Part shown: piece by piece, positions 20,511 through 30,102 of the stretch
Position numbering within the stretch: the stretch's first letter is position 1
How the letters are laid out: each line of letters opens with the position of its first letter
NCBI GenBank assembly: GCA_944391335.1
Contig: CALXTF010000001.1
Coordinates: 42,199-106,198, forward strand
Length of the DNA: 64,000 bases
From: an uncultured Alphaproteobacteria bacterium
GTDB lineage: Bacteria > Pseudomonadota > Alphaproteobacteria > RF32 > CAG-239
Reading direction: 5' to 3'
Program-made: the position numbers and the translations under genes
The notes under the pieces: model-generated
The model's database searches: none
Seen by the model: the letters and a program-made list of their open reading frames with translations, nothing else
Told to the model about the DNA's origin: nothing

Positions 20511-21248
20511 ATGAATACTGTTTTAAGAGAAATAGTGTTTGATACCGAAACTACAGGACTATCTCCTGAAAATGGTGATAAATTGGTTGAAATAGGCGCG
20601 GTTGAATTAATTAATCATATACCCACAGGTAAAACTTATCATCAATACATAAATCCTGAAAGAAATGTTCCCGAAGAAGTTGTTGCTGTACATGGTTTAA
20701 CAGAAGATTTCTTAAAAAATTATCCCGTATTTGCAGATATTGCTCAAGATTTTGTAGATTTTGTCGGTGATGACGGTTTGTTAGTTGCTCATAATGCTTC
20801 TTTTGATATTAAATTTATTAATTATGAACTTAGAAAGATAGGAAAAAAAGAATATTCATGGGATAAAGTTGTTGATACTTTAGAAATTGCTCGGCAAAAA
20901 TTTCCGGGGAGTAAAAATAATCTTGATGCCTTATGTAAGAGATTTAATATTGATAACAGTCATCGTACAAAACACGGAGCTTTGCTCGATGCCGAACTGT
21001 TGGCTGATGTTTATTTGGAACTTCTTGGCGGGGCTGAACCAAGTATGTTGCAAAATTCTGATATTATGAATTCTGCAAAAACAATGGAAAATATAAAGAG
21101 TTTTACACCAGAACGAAAAATGCGTGAACTTAGGGTTTTTAATATTACACCTGAAGAAGAAACAGAACATAATGAATTTTTAAAAAATAAATTAAAAAAT
21201 GCTTTATGGTTATCTGATGAAAATACGGAAATTATAGAAAAATCCTAA
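20511..21248 (+). CDS. dnaQ: DNA polymerase III epsilon subunit (3'-5' exonuclease)
   Basis: Exo I 'VFDTETTGL', Exo II 'HNASFD', Exo III 'HGALLDAELL'. Confidence 0.9.
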   Translation: MNTVLREIVFDTETTGLSPENGDKLVEIGAVELINHIPTGKTYHQYINPERNVPEEVVAVHGLTEDFLKNYPVFADIAQDFVDFVGDDGLLVAHNASFDIKFINYELRKIGKKEYSWDKVVDTLEIARQKFPGSKNNLDALCKRFNIDNSHRTKHGALLDAELLADVYLELLGGAEPSMLQNSDIMNSAKTMENIKSFTPERKMRELRVFNITPEEETEHNEFLKNKLKNALWLSDENTEIIEKS

Positions 21249-22246
21249 GGCAAATTTTTATTTTTTATTTCTTGTGTTTTCATCAATGATAGAGAATAAA
21301 CATATATTTCTGATAATGCCGTATTGAATTTTATTTTGGAAGCTGTTGTTTGATACCATTCTTTTAATTTAGCATTTTCCAACATATTTAAATTTTTAGA
21401 TTTAGAAAGTTCTTCAACAGCAAGAGGAAACTGACCGTTGTCAACATAACTTTTTATAACTTTTATTGTATTTATTTTGTTTGCTATTTCATTGTTATTT
21501 TCATTTCCTGAAATATGAATGTATTCATTTATTTTTCTTAATAAGCGTTCTTTCCAATTTCCTTGATTATTTAAATCATTTATCATTTGTTGAGAAATTA
21601 GATTATATTCGACAATAAGTGATTTATCAGAAGGATATTGACGCGAGGCATTATTATAAACATAGTCAACCGCTTCTTTTATGTCTGGTTGGGAAGCAGA
21701 AAGTTGTTTTAATATTTGTGCTTCGAAATATATGGGTTGACCGGATTGAACGCTTTCTCGGATCATTAATGCCGTGGTTAAAATTATTGCGCCATCATTT
21801 GATAATTGTTTTAAGTTGTTTATTTTTTTTTCTATGTGATCTAATCTTTCTCCCATACTGATAACAGCTGATGAATCAGCTTTAATATTCATGTATTGAT
21901 TGGTTAAATTTTCTATTTTTGCAACTTTATCTTCTAAACGATTAAGAGCATTAGAAATACTTTCGGGAATTATATATTTAACTTCTGTTATTGTTTCTTT
22001 AGGTGATAAAGAAACAGATTGTTCAGTTGTTTTTATGGAATTGACCGGTATAGCTTTATTGTTTGATGTTGGAAAAATTAAAGGAATGTAATAAATAAAG
22101 GTTATAATTAAACCTGCAAAAATTAATAAAACAATTGAAAAAAATATAGTTTTGCCTTTTATTTTTGATTCATTTTTTGTTTCAACTTCTGTAAGGGTAG
22201 AAGTATTTTTTTCAACTAATTCCGTTTTATTTTTTTTCATTATCAT
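21245..22246 (-). CDS. Hypothetical membrane-anchored protein (single TM, coiled-coil-rich)
   Basis: One N-terminal transmembrane helix, then a long hydrophilic region. No motif recognised. Confidence 0.45.
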   Translation of the reverse strand: MIMKKNKTELVEKNTSTLTEVETKNESKIKGKTIFFSIVLLIFAGLIITFIYYIPLIFPTSNNKAIPVNSIKTTEQSVSLSPKETITEVKYIIPESISNALNRLEDKVAKIENLTNQYMNIKADSSAVISMGERLDHIEKKINNLKQLSNDGAIILTTALMIRESVQSGQPIYFEAQILKQLSASQPDIKEAVDYVYNNASRQYPSDKSLIVEYNLISQQMINDLNNQGNWKERLLRKINEYIHISGNENNNEIANKINTIKVIKSYVDNGQFPLAVEELSKSKNLNMLENAKLKEWYQTTASKIKFNTALSEIYVYSLSLMKTQEIKNKNLP

Positions 22247-22318
22247 TTTCCTTTGTAATATTTTTTTTTATGTTTTATATTAACTTACAAAAGTTAATAT
22301 TTTATCAAAGAAAAGGTC

Positions 22319-23395
22319 ATGATAGTTTTAGGAATAGAAAGCAGCTGTGATGAAACCGCAGCGGCTCTGGTTAATGAAAAAAAAGAAATTTTGGCGGAAA
22401 CGGTGTTATCTCAAGAAGAACATAAAATTTACGGCGGCGTTGTACCGGAAATTGCCGCTCGCGCTCATCTTGAACATATTGAAGATATTATTGAACATAC
22501 ATTTCATAAAGCTAAAATTCAACCAAAAGATATTGATGCTGTTGCCGCGGCAGCCGGACCAGGATTAATCGGCGGTGTTGTTGTTGGTGTTATGGCGGCA
22601 AAAGCTTTGGCTTTGGCTTTAAATAAACCTTTTATTGCTGTTAATCATCTTGAAGGACATGCTTTAGTTTCAAGATTAACAAATAATGTGGAATATCCTT
22701 ATCTTTTGTTGTTGGTTTCCGGTGGGCATTGTCAGATTTTAATTGTTAAAAATGTTAATCAATATGAACGATTAGGAACAACAATTGATGATGCGGCAGG
22801 AGAGGCTTTTGATAAGGTGGCGAAAATGCTCAAATTTGGTTACCCTGGTGGTCCGATGATTGAAAAAATGGCTGAAATCGGTAATGAAAACAGGTTTGCT
22901 CTTCCTCATCCTTTACGCGGTTCAAATGATTTGAATTTGTCTTTTTCGGGCTTAAAAACCGCTGTCAGAAAAATTATAGAATCTTATGATGCGGATGGCA
23001 ATATTGAGCATGTTATCTTGTCTAAACAAGATACGGCCGATATTTGTGCGAGTTTTCAAAAAACAATTAGTGAATGTTTAATTGAAAAAGTGGCAAAAGG
23101 TATAGATGTTTTTCAAAAAAAATATCCTCAAGGACGGCATTTGGTTGTTGCCGGCGGTGTTGCTGCCAATAGTTACTTAAGACAAAAATTAAAAAATTTA
23201 GCTGAAGAAAATAATCTAATTTTTGCTGCTCCTCCTCTCAAATGGTGTACTGATAACGGTGTTATGATTGCTTGGGCAGGCTTGGAACGTTTTGCCAATG
23301 GCTATACCAATGATTTAGACTTTAAGCCTCGTCCGCGTTGGCCGTTGGATGAAGATGCGCCCAAAGCCGCAGGTGCCGGAGGGGTTAAAGCATGA
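22319..23395 (+). CDS. tsaD: tRNA t6A37 threonylcarbamoyltransferase TsaD
   Basis: 'LGIESSCDETAAAL' and 'GGVAAN' motifs of the Kae1/TsaD family. 358 aa. Confidence 0.95.
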   Translation: MIVLGIESSCDETAAALVNEKKEILAETVLSQEEHKIYGGVVPEIAARAHLEHIEDIIEHTFHKAKIQPKDIDAVAAAAGPGLIGGVVVGVMAAKALALALNKPFIAVNHLEGHALVSRLTNNVEYPYLLLLVSGGHCQILIVKNVNQYERLGTTIDDAAGEAFDKVAKMLKFGYPGGPMIEKMAEIGNENRFALPHPLRGSNDLNLSFSGLKTAVRKIIESYDADGNIEHVILSKQDTADICASFQKTISECLIEKVAKGIDVFQKKYPQGRHLVVAGGVAANSYLRQKLKNLAEENNLIFAAPPLKWCTDNGVMIAWAGLERFANGYTNDLDFKPRPRWPLDEDAPKAAGAGGVKA

Positions 23396-24027
23396 GAGAG
23401 CAAAAAGACGTATTAAAGATGTTTGAAATTTTGGCACGGGACAATCCCGAACCAAAAAGCGAGCTTAACTATACCAATGCCTTTACTTTGTTGGTTGCCA
23501 TCGTTCTTTCGGCGCAAAGTACCGACAAAGGCGTAAACAAGGCAACCGAGGCTTTGTTTAAGATTGCCGATACGCCGCAAAAAATGCTTGATTTGGGAAT
23601 TGACGGGTTGAAAGAATATATCAAAACCATCGGTCTGTTTAATAACAAAGCCAAAAACGTGATAGCCATGAGCGAAAAGTTGGTTAATGATTTTGGCGGA
23701 GAGGTTCCCGAAAATCAAGAAGCTTTGGAAAGTTTGCCCGGAGTAGGGCATAAAACCGCAAATGTCTTGCGTAACGTATGGTTCGGTAAGCCGACAATGG
23801 CAGTGGATACGCATGTTTTTCGTTTGGCTCATCGCCTGGGATTGAGTAACGGCAAGACGGTTGAAGCGGTTGAAAAAGACTTGTTAAAACAATTGCCCGA
23901 AAAATATTTGATGTATGCCAATCATTGGTTGGTTTTGCACGGGCGGTATATTTGCAAGGCGCAAAAACCAAAATGCGCCAAATGTCCTTTGAGTCAGCTT
24001 TGTCGGTCAGAAGATAAAAATATTTGA
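23392..24027 (+). CDS. nth: Endonuclease III
   Basis: HhH-GPD 'LPGVGHKTANV' and a 4Fe-4S 'C-x6-C-x2-C-x5-C' C-terminus. GC is higher than in neighbouring genes. Confidence 0.95.
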   Translation: MREQKDVLKMFEILARDNPEPKSELNYTNAFTLLVAIVLSAQSTDKGVNKATEALFKIADTPQKMLDLGIDGLKEYIKTIGLFNNKAKNVIAMSEKLVNDFGGEVPENQEALESLPGVGHKTANVLRNVWFGKPTMAVDTHVFRLAHRLGLSNGKTVEAVEKDLLKQLPEKYLMYANHWLVLHGRYICKAQKPKCAKCPLSQLCRSEDKNI

Positions 24028-24028
24028 G

Positions 24029-24059
24029 AAAATACCTCGTATTAAGTACGAGGTATTTT
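24029..24059. terminator. Rho-independent terminator after nth
   Basis: Perfect 12-bp inverted repeat AAATACCTCGTA / TACGAGGTATTT with a TTAA loop, followed by T-rich sequence. Confidence 0.7.
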
Positions 24060-24144
24060 CTTGTTTTACTTTAAAGACGACAATCTAGTTGTTTTGTTAA
24101 AAAACAATTGATTACAGATTGAAAAATATGTTATTTTAAGGTGA

Positions 24145-24153
24145 TTATCCACA
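24145..24153. promoter_or_regulatory. Perfect DnaA box (TTATCCACA) in the promoter region of the small-protein operon
   Basis: Exact 9-mer consensus match, about 65 bp upstream of a strong AGGAGG Shine-Dalgarno at 24219-24224. Confidence 0.4.
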
Positions 24154-24338
24154 ACTAAACAAATAATGATTGAAAATTTATAAAAAACGTGATACATTTA
24201 TTGTATTATTTGTTTTAGCAGGAGGAGAAAAATATAGTTTTTTATACAAAATACAAATCACCGCTCGGCTATAGTAACGGCGATAATCAAATCGACAGTT
24301 ACGGTGTCGATCACAGCGGTTTTAGCACGCGTGACGAA

Positions 24339-24680
24339 TTGATGTATCAGACAACAAGAAACGAAAGAGAGCAAGAGCTTATAGAAAATTACAATCAGCA
24401 AGGTATTAACGAAAATTACCCGCAGTTTGGAACAAATTTTTGGGGAAATTCATCCAATAACTATGGTTTTGGTGTATCAAATATAGAAAACAATATCGAA
24501 AAAAGACAATTTACCCCTATTCCTAATAATTATACTTATAAAACCTCTCCTCAAATACAAAAGAAAGTGTATACTAATCCTACACCACAGAAACCAACAG
24601 CAGGAAATATTGTAATTGAAGGCTTAAAAGGTTTTGGAGAAGGGATAGAAAATGGCTCGCTTGCTTTTTTAATGCAATGA
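24339..24680 (+). CDS. Hypothetical Asn/Gly/Tyr-rich small protein; start uncertain
   Basis: ORF-track ORF. The frame is open from 24219, with AGGAGG at 24219-24224 and an in-frame ATA at 24234. No TM segments. Confidence 0.4.
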   Translation: MMYQTTRNEREQELIENYNQQGINENYPQFGTNFWGNSSNNYGFGVSNIENNIEKRQFTPIPNNYTYKTSPQIQKKVYTNPTPQKPTAGNIVIEGLKGFGEGIENGSLAFLMQ

Positions 24681-24892
24681 CAGGTGGTGGTTATGATTTA
24701 TATAGTTATAAAAATATGAATGACGACTATGGTAAAAGACAGGAGAGAATGCAAAAATTGGCAGAAAGCGCAGGTTTGGGATGGGAAAACAAATTAGCAA
24801 ATTTTGCTATCGATAGCGGTGGAAAAGTGCAATTTCTTAAAAAAACAGGGCTGTTAAATTTTTTGAAAAATATTGGTAAGGGTGTAAAATGA
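24677..24892 (+). CDS. Hypothetical small protein (Gly-rich N-terminus); may be the 3' part of the preceding ORF via frameshift
   Basis: ATGA overlap with the upstream ORF and no Shine-Dalgarno of its own. A T6 run lies at 24665-24670 just before the junction. Confidence 0.35.
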   Translation: MTGGGYDLYSYKNMNDDYGKRQERMQKLAESAGLGWENKLANFAIDSGGKVQFLKKTGLLNFLKNIGKGVK

Positions 24893-25401
24893 AAAATATC
24901 TTAGCGGAGTTAGTGGAATTTAAGAAAATTTTTGTTTATTTTTTTTCGCTTGAAGGGCGTTTTTCTCGTTCGTCATTTGTCGTCGGACTTTTTTTTGCCA
25001 GTTTTGTATGTTCTTTATCAAAGTTGCTGACATTAGGTGTTTATGAACCTATCGGTTGGTTTTTATATCTTTATTTGGTGTTAATATCATTTGAAAAAAG
25101 ATGCAGAGATTTGTGTATACAAGGCGTTGGGATAACGTTAATTGTTACTGCTTTTTATGCGTCACTTATTCCGTGGGTTGATAAAACCGTGCCGGACTGC
25201 TTTCCTCTGTTTTCGGATATTATATTTTATGTATATATAGTCCTTGTCATTTTTATGGCTTCTCTGCCCGGTAAAAATGATGAGAAAAAAACTCCGCTTA
25301 ATCCTTTGTTGAAATATCCTAAAATCTATTTGGCTGTATGCTTTATAGCGTATATTATCGGCAAAAATTTTATTATCCAAACTTGCGGTACGGGTTTATA
25401 G
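24889..25401 (+). CDS. DUF805-family inner membrane protein
   Basis: N-terminal 'F..EGRFSRSSF' signature followed by about four transmembrane segments. ATGA overlap with the upstream ORF. Confidence 0.55.
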   Translation: MKNILAELVEFKKIFVYFFSLEGRFSRSSFVVGLFFASFVCSLSKLLTLGVYEPIGWFLYLYLVLISFEKRCRDLCIQGVGITLIVTAFYASLIPWVDKTVPDCFPLFSDIIFYVYIVLVIFMASLPGKNDEKKTPLNPLLKYPKIYLAVCFIAYIIGKNFIIQTCGTGL

Positions 25402-25514
25402 AAATATGTTTAAAAAAAAGAAGTATAGGTTTTACTGTATTGGGGCTGTTTGTTTAGAATAATAAAAAGGAGAAACTATACTCAAAAGAGGCGCTGATTT
25501 TAGGTGGGGCATAT

Positions 25515-25772
25515 ATGCTGTTATCTACACCTTTTTCCCTTTTAGGATTTTCGGCAATATTTGATATTCTTTTTACCGTTTTTATTATATTGGCGATACT
25601 GCTTTTTTTTAATGCAAAACTTAAGTTTATAGATAATATTAAGAACAAGCACGAGACTTGGTCTTATTACCTGTGCGGTTTTGGTTGGGTGCCTTATTTT
25701 ATGGCGGTGGCGTTTCTTATTTTGGTTTCTACATACATTCTTTTGGGTTATGAGCAAAAGTTGTTGCAATAG
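25515..25772 (+). CDS. Hypothetical small membrane protein (85 aa, two TM helices)
   Basis: AAAGGAG Shine-Dalgarno upstream, hydrophobic composition, and a terminator downstream. Confidence 0.35.
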   Translation: MLLSTPFSLLGFSAIFDILFTVFIILAILLFFNAKLKFIDNIKNKHETWSYYLCGFGWVPYFMAVAFLILVSTYILLGYEQKLLQ

Positions 25773-25884
25773 GTCTTTTGATACTCGGTCTTTTTGCAGA
25801 AGCCGCTTTTATCGTATCTCCGATTGTGGTATTCTTTAAGAAAAAATTCAAAAAAATGAAATAAGTTTCCTTTCTTAAATAACA

Positions 25885-25918
25885 AAAAACCCTACGTTTT
25901 GATCTGTAGGGTCTTTTT
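25885..25918. terminator. Bidirectional rho-independent terminator (fabG / small ORF)
   Basis: CCCTAC...GTAGGG hairpin flanked by A- and T-runs. Confidence 0.65.
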
Positions 25919-25940
25919 GTTATTTTTATCGCTTTTGCGA

Positions 25941-26678
25941 TTAGATCATAGCCATACCGCCGTTGATATTGATGGTTTGACCGGTAATGTATTGAGCTTC
26001 GTCAGAAGCTAAGAAAGCAACAACATTGGCAATATCTTGAGCTTCACCGAGTTTGGCTTCAGGAATTTTTGCAAGCAAAGCAGCTTTAACATCGTCAGGT
26101 AAAACATCTGTCATCGGCGTGCGGATAAATCCAGGAGCAATAGAGTTTACGGTAATACCGCGAGATCCTACTTCTTGAGCTAAGCATTTGTTCATGGCAA
26201 TCATACCGGCTTTGGAAGCAGAGTAGTTTGCTTGTCCGGCATTACCGGTAACGCCGACAACCGAGGCTATACCTATAATACGACCAAAACGTCTTTTCAT
26301 CATACCGCGGACAACGGCTTTTGCTAATTTGAAACCAGCGGTTAAGTTTACATCTAAAACTAATTGCCAATCTTCATCACTCATGCGGATAAAGAGATTA
26401 TCTCTGGTTAAACCTGCATTATTAACAAGAATGTCAATATGACCGAATTTTTCTTCTACATCTTTGACTAATTGAGATATAGCTTCAGAATTACTTAAAT
26501 CGGCAACAAAACATTCAACATTTGTTCCGAGTTCTTGTTTTAATTTTTCCATTTTTTCCGGATTTCGGTCTGTTAAAGCTAAACTTGCGCCTTGAGCGTG
26601 TAGGGTGCGAGCAATTTTATCACCTAAACCGCCACTAGCTCCGGTAATAAGGGCTACTTTATCTTTTATTTCAAACAT
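25941..26678 (-). CDS. fabG: 3-oxoacyl-ACP reductase
   Basis: 'TGASGGLG' Rossmann motif, 'NNAG', and the catalytic YxxxK 'YSASKAG'. 245 aa. Confidence 0.95.
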   Translation of the reverse strand: MFEIKDKVALITGASGGLGDKIARTLHAQGASLALTDRNPEKMEKLKQELGTNVECFVADLSNSEAISQLVKDVEEKFGHIDILVNNAGLTRDNLFIRMSDEDWQLVLDVNLTAGFKLAKAVVRGMMKRRFGRIIGIASVVGVTGNAGQANYSASKAGMIAMNKCLAQEVGSRGITVNSIAPGFIRTPMTDVLPDDVKAALLAKIPEAKLGEAQDIANVVAFLASDEAQYITGQTININGGMAMI

Positions 26679-26706
26679 TTGAGTTTTCCTTTTAAATGAG
26701 GGTTAG

Positions 26707-27654
26707 TTATGAAAGATTTTTTGCGAGTTCTTCAATATCTGTTGGTGTGTAGATTGAAGCCGTATTAATTTCTTTAAAGCTCCTTTTGACAAGTCCGGAA
26801 AGCACTTTTCCCGCTCCCAACTCATAAACATCGGTAACAGATTGATTATTCATATAATTCATTGTTTCTCGCCAACGAACAGTTCCTGTAACTTGTTCAA
26901 TTAATCTTTTTATTATATCTTTTTCGTTAGTTATAGGTTCTGCTAACACATTTGCAATTAGAGGTATTTGAGCTTGATGAGCTTCAACTTCCATCAAAAC
27001 GCGAGCCATAATTTCTGCAGCAGGTTGCATTAAAGGACTATGAAAAGGTGCGGAAACGGATAATTTAATACAACGTTTAGCACCAAATTCAGAAGCTATT
27101 TCCACAGCTTTGTCAATAGCGGCTATATGGCCGGAAATCACCACTTGTCCGTCAGAATTATCATTTGCGGCGACACATAATGATTTTTCGTCGCAACAAG
27201 CTTCTACCAAAGCATCAATATCTTTAAAAGAAACGCCTATAACCGCGGCCATACCGCCAACACCTAAAGGAACGGCTTTTTGCATGGCATCACCTCGCGC
27301 GCGTAATAAACGAGCCGTATCTGATAAAGAAAACACACCGGCGGCGCAAGCTGCGGAATATTCACCTAAAGAATGACCTGCAACATAAGCCGCCTTATCT
27401 TTTAATTTGATTCCAAATTCTTTTTCCAAAACTCTGACAACAGCCATGGAAACAGCCATTAGGGCAGGTTGAGCATTAGCTGTTAATGTTAGTTCTTGTT
27501 CCGAACCTCTTGTCATTAAGTCAAATAAATTTTGATTTAATGTATTATCAACTTCTTCAAAGACTTCTTTTGCAGAAGCAAAATTTTCGGATAGTTCTTT
27601 TCCCATTCCAACAAATTGGGAACCTTGTCCGGGAAAAACAAAAGCGTTTTTCAT
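26707..27654 (-). CDS. fabD: Malonyl-CoA:ACP transacylase
   Basis: 'FPGQGSQ' and active-site 'GHSLGE'. 315 aa. Confidence 0.95.
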   Translation of the reverse strand: MKNAFVFPGQGSQFVGMGKELSENFASAKEVFEEVDNTLNQNLFDLMTRGSEQELTLTANAQPALMAVSMAVVRVLEKEFGIKLKDKAAYVAGHSLGEYSAACAAGVFSLSDTARLLRARGDAMQKAVPLGVGGMAAVIGVSFKDIDALVEACCDEKSLCVAANDNSDGQVVISGHIAAIDKAVEIASEFGAKRCIKLSVSAPFHSPLMQPAAEIMARVLMEVEAHQAQIPLIANVLAEPITNEKDIIKRLIEQVTGTVRWRETMNYMNNQSVTDVYELGAGKVLSGLVKRSFKEINTASIYTPTDIEELAKNLS

Positions 27655-27821
27655 AAAAAAACCTTTCCTTATATTAATATCTTTTCGAGTTTTAAACGTA
27701 TAAACTAAAAAAAGTCAAGTTTAAAACAATTTTTGTTAACTTAAGAGAAATATTTAAAGAGCTATAATCTTTTTTAGATGTTATTTATTAAAGGCTTGCC
27801 AATATAGCTTGTGAGGTAATT

Positions 27822-30080
27822 ATGGCAAAAAATAAAAAGAAAAATGAAAAAAATATTTATTATAAAATTAGCAGCCGAATTTATGGGCTATTATTGATTA
27901 TTACTGGTTGGTTGGTTCTGGCGGCTGTCTTCTTTTATTCTCCAACTGATGATTCTTTTAATTTAGCAAGTGACAATATCAATCATTTTTTGGGATATTC
28001 CGGAGCCAGTGCGGCTACCGTTATTTTAACTTTTACCGGTTTGGTTTTACCAATATTTGTTTTACCTGTAATGGTTTGGGGATATAAACTTTGCTGTTTG
28101 GAAGAAATACGTTTTTTCTTTTTATATGTTGTCGTATGGCTTTTAGGGATTGTATCGGCAATGATGTCTTTCGACTTTATTCATTTTAGCAAACCTCTTG
28201 GCGGGGTTATTGGCGAAATGCTTAATATTAAACTTTTTTCCATTTTACCTGATTTTAAATGGCAATCACAAATTATTGCTTTTCTCACAACGTTAGTGGC
28301 AATTTCTGCTTTTAGCTTTAGTTTGGATATAACTATAAATCAATGGTATAAAAGTATAAAAAACTGTTTAAAGTTTTTTATACATGGAATTCATTTGTTA
28401 GCTCGTATTTTATGGAATTTATTGTGGTATATAAAAAATATATTACCTTGCCTTGATAAAAATAAATGTGATTTAAAAATCAAAAAAGTTAAAGATAAAA
28501 AGGAGAAAAAAAATATATCTGTTGTTGAAAAAATATCAACACCGGTAAATAAAAAGAATGTTTTGAAATCTAAAAATGATAATTATATTTATCCCGATGT
28601 TTCTCTCTTAACCGCACCTAAAGTGAAATCGGGAAATATTTTAGTTAATGAAAAAGAATTACAAAAAATTTCTGATGAGTTAGAAAAAGTTTTGCAAGAA
28701 TTTGGTATAAATGGCAAAATCGTAAAAATTCGACCGGGACCGGTTGTAACTCTTTATGAATTAGAACCGGCTCCAGGTACTAAAACAGCGCGGGTAATTG
28801 GTTTGGCAGATGATATTGCTCGTTCAATGTCGGCAATATCCGTTCGTATTGCCGTGGTTTCCGGTTCAAATACAATAGGTATTGAATTACCAAATACAAC
28901 ACGGGAAATCGTTTGGCTGCGTGAACTTTTCGAAGGTGATGGTTTTTGTAACAGTAAAAATACTCTTAATGTGGTTTTAGGAAAAGATATTGGTGGTGAA
29001 AATGTTTATGCCGATTTATCTAAAATGCCGCATTTATTAGTTGCCGGTACAACCGGTTCTGGTAAGTCCGTTGGTATGAATTCAATGATTTTATCGCTTC
29101 TTTATCGTATGAAACCTGATGAATGTAAACTTATAATGATTGATCCTAAAATGTTGGAATTTTCTGTTTATAATGGAATACCACATTTATTAACTCCGGT
29201 TATTACCGATCCGGCGAAAGCTGTTCTTGGTCTAAAATGGGCCGTCAAAGAAATGGAAGATCGTTATCGCGCCATGGCTCAACTTAATGTGCGTAATATT
29301 TCCGGATATAATAAAAAACTTCAGGAATTAAAAGAAAAAGGACAACGTTGTGTTAGAACCGTACAAACAGGTTTTGATCCGGATACGGGCGCGCCTCTTT
29401 TTGAAGAACAGGAATTAGATTTAACACCTCTTCCCTATATTGTTATTGTTGTCGATGAAATGGCTGATTTGATGTTAGTTGCCGGTAAAGAAGTAGAAGC
29501 TGCTATTCAACGTTTGGCTCAAATGGCTCGTGCGGCAGGTATTCATTTAATTTTATCAACGCAACGTCCTTCTGTTGATGTTATTACCGGAGTTATTAAA
29601 GCTAATTTCCCAACACGCATAAGTTTTCAAGTAACCTCAAAAATCGATAGTCGAACCATTCTTGGAGAACAAGGCGCGGAACAATTATTGGGAATGGGAG
29701 ATATGTTATATATGCCCGCAGGTCAAAGACCTATTCGTGTACATGGTGCTTTCGTTAAAGATCAAGAAGTCGAAAAAATCGTTGACTTTCTTAAAAATCA
29801 AAAAGAACCTGAATATATCGAAGCAATTACCGAAGGTGAACTTAACATTAAAGATAATGGTGCTGTTTTTGATAAAACATCTATGGGAAACAATAATAGT
29901 GATAATGATCTTTACACTCAAGCCGTTGAAATTGTGCGTAATGATAAAAAAGCTTCTATAAGTTATGTTCAACGTCGTTTAAGAATAGGTTATAATCGCG
30001 CAGCGGTCTTAATTGAGAGAATGGAAGAAGAAGGAATTGTATCCGCACCGGATCATTCTGGAAAACGTGAAGTATTGTAA
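27822..30080 (+). CDS. ftsK: DNA translocase FtsK
   Basis: N-terminal transmembrane segments, Walker A 'GTTGSGKS', a C-terminal gamma (winged-helix) domain. 752 aa. Confidence 0.95.
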   Translation: MAKNKKKNEKNIYYKISSRIYGLLLIITGWLVLAAVFFYSPTDDSFNLASDNINHFLGYSGASAATVILTFTGLVLPIFVLPVMVWGYKLCCLEEIRFFFLYVVVWLLGIVSAMMSFDFIHFSKPLGGVIGEMLNIKLFSILPDFKWQSQIIAFLTTLVAISAFSFSLDITINQWYKSIKNCLKFFIHGIHLLARILWNLLWYIKNILPCLDKNKCDLKIKKVKDKKEKKNISVVEKISTPVNKKNVLKSKNDNYIYPDVSLLTAPKVKSGNILVNEKELQKISDELEKVLQEFGINGKIVKIRPGPVVTLYELEPAPGTKTARVIGLADDIARSMSAISVRIAVVSGSNTIGIELPNTTREIVWLRELFEGDGFCNSKNTLNVVLGKDIGGENVYADLSKMPHLLVAGTTGSGKSVGMNSMILSLLYRMKPDECKLIMIDPKMLEFSVYNGIPHLLTPVITDPAKAVLGLKWAVKEMEDRYRAMAQLNVRNISGYNKKLQELKEKGQRCVRTVQTGFDPDTGAPLFEEQELDLTPLPYIVIVVDEMADLMLVAGKEVEAAIQRLAQMARAAGIHLILSTQRPSVDVITGVIKANFPTRISFQVTSKIDSRTILGEQGAEQLLGMGDMLYMPAGQRPIRVHGAFVKDQEVEKIVDFLKNQKEPEYIEAITEGELNIKDNGAVFDKTSMGNNNSDNDLYTQAVEIVRNDKKASISYVQRRLRIGYNRAAVLIERMEEEGIVSAPDHSGKREVL

Positions 30081-30102
30081 TTAATTTTTGGATTTTAATA
30101 AA

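Noticed and set aside
23413-23971. Three antisense ORFs (139, 66 and 95 aa) inside nth. Similar antisense ORFs lie inside groEL (40341-41546), hydB and mnmG.
   Set aside because: They are embedded in strongly conserved sense-strand genes. They arise from locally higher GC lowering stop-codon frequency, not from real genes.
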